Origin: Thermoproteota archaeon
Lineage (GTDB): Archaea; Korarchaeota; Korarchaeia; Korarchaeales; Korarchaeaceae
Assembly: GCA_027491915.1 (NCBI GenBank)
Contig: JAOZGC010000002.1
Coordinates: forward strand, 544,001 to 608,000
Direction: 5' to 3'
Length of the DNA: 64,000 nt
Below the pieces are notes generated by a model. The model made no database searches. It was not told the origin of the DNA and saw only the letters and a program-made list of their open reading frames with translations. Shown here in pieces: positions 19,614-27,630 of the stretch (position 1 is its first letter; each line of letters starts with the position of its first letter). The translations under genes were made by a program, and so were the position numbers.

Positions 19614-20034
19614 GTCGGCCGAGAGGTTCAGGTTCCGGAGGATCTCGGGGGACGAGAGGGATAGGGTCATCGGCAGGCTCAGGGAGATCCTGGAATCCAG
19701 GCGGGAGGTGGGGCTGGCGGTCCTGCACGGCTCCCTCCTCCGAGGAGGCCCCTTCAGGGACGTGGACGTGGCCGTCTACGTCCTAGGGCGGGTCGACCCG
19801 CTGGACTACAAGCATGGGCATGGACGAGCTCCTGTCCTCCGAGGTGGGGCTGCCGGTGGACGTCCACGTGCTGAACGCGGCCCCCCGAGATTCGTCCTGG
19901 AGGCCCTGGGGCGGGGGCTCATCCTGGTGGACAGGGGGCCTCCCCCGGGGGCCCTGATCCTGGCGGCCGTCGACTCGCTGTGGCTCGGCCGGTGGCTGGG
20001 CGGGGACCGGGGAGCCTCACCTCGGGATCCTTGA
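19609..20034 (+). pseudogene. MNT antitoxin with two compensating frameshifts
   Basis: LHGSLLRGGPFRDVDVAV is in one frame; MDELLSSEVGLPVDVHVLNAAP is in a shifted frame (about 19814-19885); the original frame resumes at RFVLEALGRGLIL. No clear start codon. Confidence 0.65.
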
Positions 20035-21091
20035 GCCCGCTCCCGGTCAGCACCAGGACCGCCTCCTCCTCGGCCGACAGGATCCCCTCCTCCAGGGCCC
20101 TCCTGTACCCGGCCAGGGCGGCCGCCGAGGCGGTCTCGACGAAGAGCCCCTCCCTCCTGGCCAGCTCCAGCCTGGCGCGGTCTATCTCCCAGTCAGACAC
20201 GGCCAGGATCGTCCCCCCCGACTCCCTGACGGCCCTGACGGCCTTCGGCCAGTTCACGGGCCTCCCTATCCTTATGGCCGAGGCCACCGTCTCCGGCTCC
20301 CCCACGGGGTCCAGCCTCCCGGTCTCCATGGCCCGGACCAGGGGGGCGGCCCCCGCGGCCTGGACCCCCACCATCCTCGGCGTCCCGTCCACCAGCCCCA
20401 GCCCCGCCAGCTCCCTGAACCCCTTCCATATGGCGCTTATGTTCCCGGCGTTCCCGACGGGGACCACCACGGCGTCGGGGGCGCGCCCCAGCTGGACCAC
20501 CAGCTCGTAGGCCAGGGTCTTCTGCCCCTCCAGCCTGTATGGGTTGACCGAGTTCATTAGGTAGGCTCCCCCCCGGGCCGCGGCCAGGGCGGCGTCCAGC
20601 GCGTCGTCGAAGTACCCGTCCACCTCCTCCACCGATGCGCCGTGGGCGACCAGCTGGGCCACCTTGCCCGGCGCCACCTTCCCCCTGGGCACGATCACCC
20701 TGGCCTCCAGCCCGGCCCTGGCGCAGTAGGCCGCCATGGAGGCGGCGGTGTTCCCGGTGGAGGCGCAGACCGCCTCCCCGCACCTCAGATCCAGGGCGTG
20801 GGAGACGGCCACGGCCATCCCCCTGTCCTTGAACGAGCCCGTGGGGTTCGACCCCTCATACTTCAGCCAGGCCCCGGACCTCCCCCTGACCAGCGGCGTC
20901 CACCCCTCGCCGAGGCTCACCCTCTCCCGGACCGGGAGGGCCCCGGAGAAGGACCAGATGCTCTCCCCCCTCTCCAGCCTGATCTCGAGGCGGTCGTACT
21001 CCACCTCCAGGAGGCCCCCGCAGCTGGGGCACCTGTAGGCGAACCCCTCCACGACCCGACCGCACTCGACGCACCTGAGCCAGGTCCTCAA
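19919..21091 (-). CDS. thrC: Threonine synthase
   Basis: N-terminal CxxC...CxxC, SLGEGWTP, NPTGSFKDRG (PLP Lys), CASTGNT, PVGNAGN, LTGSGLKD. Confidence 0.95.
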   Translation of the reverse strand: MRTWLRCVECGRVVEGFAYRCPSCGGLLEVEYDRLEIRLERGESIWSFSGALPVRERVSLGEGWTPLVRGRSGAWLKYEGSNPTGSFKDRGMAVAVSHALDLRCGEAVCASTGNTAASMAAYCARAGLEARVIVPRGKVAPGKVAQLVAHGASVEEVDGYFDDALDAALAAARGGAYLMNSVNPYRLEGQKTLAYELVVQLGRAPDAVVVPVGNAGNISAIWKGFRELAGLGLVDGTPRMVGVQAAGAAPLVRAMETGRLDPVGEPETVASAIRIGRPVNWPKAVRAVRESGGTILAVSDWEIDRARLELARREGLFVETASAAALAGYRRALEEGILSAEEEAVLVLTGSGLKDPEVRLPGPRPATGRATASRRPPGSGPPGEAPCPPG

Positions 21092-21984
21092 CCCACCACC
21101 TCCGCCCCGCCCGCCGGCCTGGTCAGGGTCGGCCTGACCCGGAGCCCCGCCCTCCAGAAGGCCTCCACCACCGCCCGGGAGACCCTACCCTCGGAGCCGG
21201 GCTCGACCAGGGCGAAGGTGGAGGGGCCGGCGCCGCATATGTTGAAGCCGGACGCCCCGGCCGCCAGCGCGGCCTCCTTGGCCTCCCCATACCCCGGGAT
21301 GGTACCGGCCCTGAAGGGCTCCGCCAGGTTGTCCGATAGAACCCTCCCCATGACGTCCGCCCTCCCCAGCCCGGCGGCGGCCACCAGGACCGCGGCCCTG
21401 GAGAGGTTCTCCACGGCCTCCCTGAATCCGACGGACCGGGGCAGGATCTCCCTGGCCGCCCTGGTCTTCCCCTCCCCGCCGGGGGCCTCCGGGACGAACA
21501 CAAGGAGCCTGAGGTCCTCCGGCGGGTCCACCCTGAGCACCACCCGGTCGGACGGGGAGACGACAGTCATCCCGCCCAGCAGGCTGGCCGAGACGTTGTC
21601 GTAGTGGAGCGCCCCGGACCCCGCCAGCTCCCCCTCGGCCGCCAGCCTGACGGCCTCCCACTCCTCCAGCCCTATGCCCAGCAGCCGATCCACCGCGGCC
21701 ACGGCCGCGGCGGCGCTGGCCCCGCTGCTCCCGAGCCCCAGCCCCGGTGGGATCCCCTTCTCCAGGACCACCCTGACGCCCGACCCCGGGGCGTACTCCC
21801 TCAGGACCCTCAGGGCCGCGGCGCCGGCCGAGTTCCTCTCGGGATCGCTCGGGACGTCCCCGCGGGCGAAGAACTCGAAGTCCCACGACCTGGACGCGAC
21901 CACCCTGTCCCACGCCAGGTCCACCGCCAGGGCGACGGAGTCGAATCCCGGGCCCACGTTGGCCACGGAGGCCGGGGCCCTCAC
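21088..21984 (-). CDS. thrB: Homoserine kinase
   Basis: APASVANVGPGFD, KGIPPGLGLGSSGAS (GHMP motif), HYDNV, GAGPS. Confidence 0.95.
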   Translation of the reverse strand: MRAPASVANVGPGFDSVALAVDLAWDRVVASRSWDFEFFARGDVPSDPERNSAGAAALRVLREYAPGSGVRVVLEKGIPPGLGLGSSGASAAAAVAAVDRLLGIGLEEWEAVRLAAEGELAGSGALHYDNVSASLLGGMTVVSPSDRVVLRVDPPEDLRLLVFVPEAPGGEGKTRAAREILPRSVGFREAVENLSRAAVLVAAAGLGRADVMGRVLSDNLAEPFRAGTIPGYGEAKEAALAAGASGFNICGAGPSTFALVEPGSEGRVSRAVVEAFWRAGLRVRPTLTRPAGGAEVVG

Positions 21985-22071
21985 CGCCAGGTTTGGCGCA
22001 CGCTCTCACCGCCGACCCGGCTGGCAGGGGTCAATATAACCGTTTCCTCCGGCGCCGATTCCGCCTGATCC

Positions 22072-25008
22072 TCACTCCAGGTAGAGGGCCGGCCTCCCCG
22101 GGAGGGCCCTGGCCGCCCTCCCCTCCGGGTCGGACCCGGGCTCCTCCTCGGTGGCCACCGCAACCTCCACCCCGAGCGCCCCGGAGATGTAGGCCCTCCC
22201 CTCCTCCAGGGCCCTGATCTCCTCATCCCTGTTCTCGAGCCAGGTCCACCCCCCCGCCTTGGCGTAAGTCCTGGCGATCCCGGAGACCTCCCTATCCCTC
22301 CCCGCCACCAACCCCGCCTCCGCGGCGGCCCTGATCAGCGTGGGGGGGTCCATCCTGCCGGACCTCTCCGCGGCCTCCTCCATGACCCTGAAGAGGTCGT
22401 ACTTCCACCCCGCGGCGACGTACACCCTGAGCCTCTCCGGCCTCCTCCCCCTCCTCTCCCCGACGGTCCTCATGACCGTTCTGGCGTCCTCCACGAGCCT
22501 GTCTATGACCTCCACCATCTTCTCGGCCCGCTCGTCGATCAGATTCTCGTCTTCCTCGGGCCACGGCGCGAGCGAGACGAAGCCATCCCTCCCCATAGAG
22601 CTCCAGGCTTCCTCCGCCACGTGAGGAGCGAACGGCGCGAGGAGCCTGATCCAGGCGTCCATCACGGTGGCCATGACCCTCCTGGTGGACTCGGCCTCCT
22701 CGTCGACCGCCTGCAGGTACTTGGACACGTCCCTGCCCAGGTTGTAGAACGCGGCCAGGAGGGCCCTCCTGGTCTCGCAGGACTCCATGGCCTCCGTGGC
22801 CTCGGCTATCCTCCTCTGCAGGGTGGACAGCATCCACCTGTCCCACATCCCGAGGGAGGACGGGTCCGGGGGGATCGCCTCCCCCCCGTACCTCCTGGCC
22901 ATCCTCAGGAGCCTCTCCAGCCTCCCGAGGGTCGACCTGGCGACGTCCCTCTTGAAGTCCGCGTCAGACATCAGGTCGGCCGCCCCCATGATGGTGACCC
23001 TGATCGGATCCGCCCCGAACTCCCTGACCGCGTCCCTTATGGGGATTATGTTGCCCAGGGTCTTGCTCATCTTCTGGCCCTCCATGAGGACCGACCCGTT
23101 CACGACTATCTGCCTCGGCCAGAGCTCCTCCGGAAACACGGCGGCGTGGTTGAACACGAAGAAGGTCAGGTGGTTCCAGACCAGGTCCCTGCCGCTGTGC
23201 CTGGAGTCCAGGGGGTACCAGTACAGGAACTCCTCCCTCATGGCCCTCACCTCCCCCTCCGGGATCCCGAGCCTCTCGGCCACCGAGGCCGGGTCCCCCT
23301 CGCCCAGCATGACGTAGTCGAAGAAGTAGTCCCCCAGCCTGTCCGGGTCGACGCCGAGCCTCCTGAGCCTGTGGCTTATGGTGTAGTAGGCCATGTATAT
23401 GGTGGAGTCGCTGAGGCTCTCTATCACCCACCTGGGGTCCATGGGCAGCCTGGTGCCTAGCCCCCTGCTCCTGGCGCAGGCCTTCTCCCTGACCCACTCG
23501 ATGACGTCCTGGAACTCCCCCCTGAGGGCCTCCGGCAGGATGCGCATCCTGGAGAGGAGCCTCCTGGCGTCCTCCTTCCATCCCGGGTTGGAGTAGTCTA
23601 TGAACCACTGGTCCTCCACCACCTTGACCACGACCTCGGCCCCGCACCTGCAGTAGACTGGCCTGTTGGCCACCTCGTAGAACCGGAAGGCCTTCCCCGC
23701 GGCCTCCAGGTCCCTCCTCACCTCCTCCTTCGCCTCGGAGACCGGCAGGCCAGCGTACCTCCCGACGTTCTCCCTCATCACCCCGGAGTGGTACTCCGCC
23801 CTGTAGACCTCCTTGGTGGCCTCCTCCGCCTCCGGATCAGACTGGTCCTCTATTCCCCTGGACTCGACCGCGTCCCGGGCCGGGAGCTCAGAGTACCCCT
23901 CCACCCTGATTATGGAGATCGGCTCGATCCCCGCCAGGATGGACGGATCGATTCCCAGGCCCCTCAGGGGATCGGGGTTCCTCTTGAGGTCCCTCAGGGC
24001 CAGGTAGTCGTAGGGGGCGTGTCCCGGGACCGACATGACCAGGCCCGTCCCGTAGTCCGGGTCCACGAACCGGGCGGGGAGCACGGGGACCCTCTCCCCG
24101 GTGGCCGGGTTCTCGGCCCACCTCCCTACCAGCTCCGCCCCCCCGATCCTGCCCACCTCCCTCGCGTCGAACCCCTGGAACCCGAGCTTCAGCAGGCCCC
24201 TGTCGCTGACCACCCACCTCTCCCCCCCGACCTGGGCCACGGCGTACTCCACGTCCGGGTTGACCCAGAGGTTCGTCACCCCGTAGACCGTCTCGGGCCT
24301 GAACGTGGCCACCGGGAACACGGTCCCGTCCTCCAGCCGGAACTTGATCACCGTCACCTCCTCTATCTCCGGCTCCACGTCCCCCTTGGTGTCGTGCTGG
24401 CCCACAGCCATGTCGTCCCTGGGGCACCACCCGACCGGGTGCCTCCCCTTCACCAGGTAACCCCTGGACGCGAGCCTGCGGAACTGCCACTCTATGAACC
24501 GGTTGTACGCCGGGTCTATGGTGGTGAACTCCCTCCTCCAGTCTATCGAGTATCCCATGAGCCTCATGCCCTCCTTTATCTCCTCGTGGAAGTACCTGGC
24601 CAGCCTCAGCGGGTCGGTGAACTCCCTTATCTTATCCTCCGGCACCCCGTAAACTTCCCTGAACAGCCTGATGAGCTCCTCCTCACCGTCCTGGATCCTC
24701 TCGGCCATGGCCAGTATGGGCGTCCCGGTGTAGTGGAAGGCCATGGGGAGGAGGACGTTGTACCCCCTCATCCTCTTGTACCGGGCGTAGGCGTCGGTTA
24801 TCCCGTAGGTCCTGCCGTGCCCCACGTGCTGCGGGGAGTTCGGGTATGGGTAGGCGACGGTCAGGTAGAACTTGGGCCTGGTCGGGTCCGGGTCGGCCTC
24901 GAATATCCCGGCCTCCGCCCACCTCCTCTGCCACTTCCGCTCTATCTCCCTGAGGGACTCGAGGAACTCCTCGGACAAGGCGGGTCCGGCGCCGGGCGTC
25001 TCGGGCAA
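22072..25008 (-). CDS. leuS: Leucine--tRNA ligase, archaeal type
   Basis: AYPYPN..HVGH, DWRREFTT, ATFRPET, GTGLVMSVPGHAPYD (editing domain), IESLSDSTIY, KMSKT. The TTG at 24978 is an alternative start. Confidence 0.97.
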   Translation of the reverse strand: MPETPGAGPALSEEFLESLREIERKWQRRWAEAGIFEADPDPTRPKFYLTVAYPYPNSPQHVGHGRTYGITDAYARYKRMRGYNVLLPMAFHYTGTPILAMAERIQDGEEELIRLFREVYGVPEDKIREFTDPLRLARYFHEEIKEGMRLMGYSIDWRREFTTIDPAYNRFIEWQFRRLASRGYLVKGRHPVGWCPRDDMAVGQHDTKGDVEPEIEEVTVIKFRLEDGTVFPVATFRPETVYGVTNLWVNPDVEYAVAQVGGERWVVSDRGLLKLGFQGFDAREVGRIGGAELVGRWAENPATGERVPVLPARFVDPDYGTGLVMSVPGHAPYDYLALRDLKRNPDPLRGLGIDPSILAGIEPISIIRVEGYSELPARDAVESRGIEDQSDPEAEEATKEVYRAEYHSGVMRENVGRYAGLPVSEAKEEVRRDLEAAGKAFRFYEVANRPVYCRCGAEVVVKVVEDQWFIDYSNPGWKEDARRLLSRMRILPEALRGEFQDVIEWVREKACARSRGLGTRLPMDPRWVIESLSDSTIYMAYYTISHRLRRLGVDPDRLGDYFFDYVMLGEGDPASVAERLGIPEGEVRAMREEFLYWYPLDSRHSGRDLVWNHLTFFVFNHAAVFPEELWPRQIVVNGSVLMEGQKMSKTLGNIIPIRDAVREFGADPIRVTIMGAADLMSDADFKRDVARSTLGRLERLLRMARRYGGEAIPPDPSSLGMWDRWMLSTLQRRIAEATEAMESCETRRALLAAFYNLGRDVSKYLQAVDEEAESTRRVMATVMDAWIRLLAPFAPHVAEEAWSSMGRDGFVSLAPWPEEDENLIDERAEKMVEVIDRLVEDARTVMRTVGERRGRRPERLRVYVAAGWKYDLFRVMEEAAERSGRMDPPTLIRAAAEAGLVAGRDREVSGIARTYAKAGGWTWLENRDEEIRALEEGRAYISGALGVEVAVATEEEPGSDPEGRAARALPGRPALYLE

Positions 25009-25065
25009 ATATAGATGTTCCGCCCGACCGGCGGCGTTTTATTGCGCCGCGCCGCAGGGGGCGAG

Positions 25066-25121
25066 GCGGGATGAGGAGGTCTGCCTACTGATCCGTGATG
25101 ACTTTGCCGAGTCCCGACCGC
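25066..25121 (+). ncRNA. C/D-box guide sRNA (2'-O-methylation)
   Basis: C ATGAGGA 25071-77; guide GGTCTGCCTA; D' CTGA 25088-91; C' GTGATGA 25095-101; guide CTTTGCCGAGTC; D CCGA 25114-17; terminal GCGG/CCGC stem; TTTTATT box about 25 nt upstream. Confidence 0.8.
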
Positions 25122-25133
25122 TCCCGCGATGCG

Positions 25134-25165
25134 GGGCCCTTATAAGGGCCCTATCCGGATAGGGC
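25134..25165. repeat. Two overlapping perfect 18-bp palindromes, the first centred on TTATAA
   Basis: GGGCCCTTATAAGGGCCC (25134-25151) and GCCCTATCCGGATAGGGC (25148-25165). Confidence 0.85.
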
Positions 25166-25488
25166 GAGGCGCGAACGCCTCTCCCCCCGGGGGGTTTCGT
25201 CCCGGGTGTCCGTCCGTGCCCGCCACCCCACGGGACCTGGGTGGGGGCCCACTCGGGGACGAGCCCCCCTGGGATGCCCATCTGGGGTCCAGATCTCGGC
25301 GTCGGATACCTGAGGGGGGGAATGGGCGTCCAGAAACTGCTGGACCTTTCGGTGAAGGCCGCCGGAGTTCGCCATCTCGGATCTCCTCGATTGGGCGCAC
25401 CTTCCACCCCACCCCGGTGCGGCGCGCGGCGCGTATCCGCCCCCCCGATAGATGGGAAATCTTAAAATTCCCACCAACTCGAGATGGG

Positions 25489-25737
25489 ATGATGAGTTTC
25501 GCGGTCGAGGTGGATGGGAGGGGGAGGGTCACGATCCCCAAGAGGTTGAGGGACTCCCTCAGGATCGGTCGGAAGGTCAGGATGAAGGTTGAGGGTCGCA
25601 GAATAATAATAGAGCCGATTGAGGATCCGCTGGACGAGCTGACCGACCTCGTGAGGGGGTCCAAGCTCAGCTCCGACAGGGCGGGGGAGATAGGGCGCGC
25701 GGCCTCGGAGCAGCTCCTCAGGGAGGCTCGGCGATGA
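25489..25737 (+). CDS. vapB: AbrB/MazE/SpoVT-type antitoxin
   Basis: VEVDGRGRVTIPKRLRDSLRI...IIIEP; ATGA overlap with the PIN gene. Confidence 0.88.
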   Translation: MMSFAVEVDGRGRVTIPKRLRDSLRIGRKVRMKVEGRRIIIEPIEDPLDELTDLVRGSKLSSDRAGEIGRAASEQLLREARR

Positions 25738-26141
25738 GGTGGATGGTGGAAACCGATATAATCTTGTCCGCGATATGCAGGGGGGATCCAAACCACGATC
25801 TCTCCAGAGAGGTCCTCAGGGGACTCAGGAGGGCCTTCCTATCTCCGTACTCCCTGATGGAACTGGATCTCCTCATGAGATCGGGTAATCTGGAGGTGGA
25901 GAGTTACGAAGAGTTCTGGAGTTCCTTCGATGAGTTCATGAGGCAGTACGGCATTAAGCTGACACCCTCCAAGCCATTGCACTTCTCTGAGGCTGAGAGG
26001 GTGAGGAATACCCATGGCCTGTCCTACTTCGACAGCCTCCACGCCGCCGCGGCGATCCACGAGGGCGTGACGCTGATCAGCTACGATGGGTCCTACTCCA
26101 GAGTCGACGGGCTCAGGCACGTCCACCCCAAGGAACTTTAG
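25734..26141 (+). CDS. vapC: PIN domain toxin
   Basis: MVETDII, SPYSLMEL, LSYFDSLHAAAA, LISYDGSY. Confidence 0.88.
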   Translation: MRWMVETDIILSAICRGDPNHDLSREVLRGLRRAFLSPYSLMELDLLMRSGNLEVESYEEFWSSFDEFMRQYGIKLTPSKPLHFSEAERVRNTHGLSYFDSLHAAAAIHEGVTLISYDGSYSRVDGLRHVHPKEL

Positions 26142-27054
26142 GGCTGTTATCGGAGGACGCTCAACAGCCTTCCATTCGAAGTCGATGCCGGACTGGATCG
26201 AGACTACGTCGCCTGGAATGATGGTCCGCGGTGTTCGCCCGCCCGCTCCTCCCTCCGTCCCCCCGCCAGCACCCTCCGACCATCCGTGGCCCGCTCTAAC
26301 TAGTCCCTTGCTCCCTGGGAACACCCAGAAGAGAAGAAGGGGGAAGGAAGGCCTCTCCCCTATCGTCACCTTTCTACATGCGATATCCGGGAGGGCGATC
26401 CGGCCACGTCCCGCGTTATGGGCTGGCCGGCTGTAGGACCTCAGAAACAGGGTGAGGACTCTCTGGGAGCAGATAATGGCTCTGGACTCTCATAGAGACC
26501 ATCAGATCGGCCAGTATTACGTACCTGATGACTTCCCCCGCGTAAAGCTTCCTGTTGGCCAGCGGGGGAGCGGGGAGGTATGGAGTGCCAGTCGTCAGCT
26601 CTGGAGACACGGGGATGAGATGGTAGCCGGGGGATTCGCCCTGGAGAGGGCCGAGGTAATCGGGGATGATCGAAGTGATGCCCTACCTCGGCGGGTCCGC
26701 GAGGAACGCGGTTCAGTTCGGTGCCTGGGGGACTCCGACATACCCTCTCGCTGAGCCACGGGATCGCCGCGGCCAGCAGGGGAAGGGACGGGTGGAGGGG
26801 GCCGTCCTGGCGAGAGTCGACGAGATGCTGAGGAGTCGACGAGATGCTGGGGTTGGGCAGGAGGGCCAGGCTCCCGGTGGCCAGGCTGGAGGAGATGGTA
26901 GGTGGTCAGGGTCAACTCTGGGCCGGGGCGCTCGGCGCGGGCCCGGGCGCGTCGATCCTACCTGCAGCCTCTGGTTCGGCGGCGTAGCGGCCGCGGCCGT
27001 CGGGGTCGCGTCCCGCATACCGGTTTAAATTCCCGCCCGGCCGCCGACCCAGAC

Positions 27055-27551
27055 ATGCACCGCGGGAGGGGCAGGGGCAGGGGGAGGCGCGGCGGCAGGG
27101 GGTGGGCCTGGAGGGCCGGCCGCCGCCAGGATGGGGGATGGGGACGGGGAGAGGGCCAGGCCCTGGGCCGGGGATGGGCCGCGGTCCCGGACCAGGGACC
27201 TCCGGCCTCGGCAGGGGTTTTGGCCGCGGCTGGGGTCTGGGCCGGGGCCGCGGGACGGGCTGGCCCGGGGGCGCGGGCCCCCCGGACCGGTCGGCTCTCA
27301 TCCCCCGGGTCGGGCCGCCTCCCTCTACCCCCGTCGGGCCCGCCCCGGGGCAGGTCCACCCGACTCGGACCGAAGCGAGCAAGGTGGAGGCCATCTACGA
27401 TCTTCTCCCAAAGTTGGACTGCAGGGCGTGCGGTTTCTCCGGTTGTAGGGAATGCGCCGAGGCCATGGTCTCGGGCAGGGCCCCGCCGGACGCTTGCAGG
27501 GTGGCCGGAGATCGGGTGGCGCTCAGGATAAGGGAGATCCTGGGGGGCTAG
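27055..27551 (+). CDS. Gly/Arg-rich protein with a C-terminal 4Fe-4S (RnfB N-terminal-like) domain; apparent 1-nt frameshift near 27120
   Basis: TTTAAAT box then ATG at 27055 (MHRGRGRGRG...). The frame carrying LLPKLDCRACGFSGCRECAEA...C differs, and a GTG at 27102 is in that frame. Confidence 0.7.
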
Positions 27552-27630
27552 CCGAGGGTCTGGTCGGATCGGGTTGGGCGGGAGGGAGGGGGGACCGCCG
27601 CGTCCCCGCCGGATCCCGGACCGCCACCCG

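Noticed and set aside
21935-21960. TCGAATCCC resembling a tRNA T-loop
   Set aside because: It lies inside thrB (GPGFD codons) and has no cloverleaf.
25160-25445. RNase P RNA or SRP RNA
   Set aside because: The size fits, but I could not find the RNase P GAGGAA(A/G)-UCC / ACAGAA cores or the SRP helix-8 motif on either strand.
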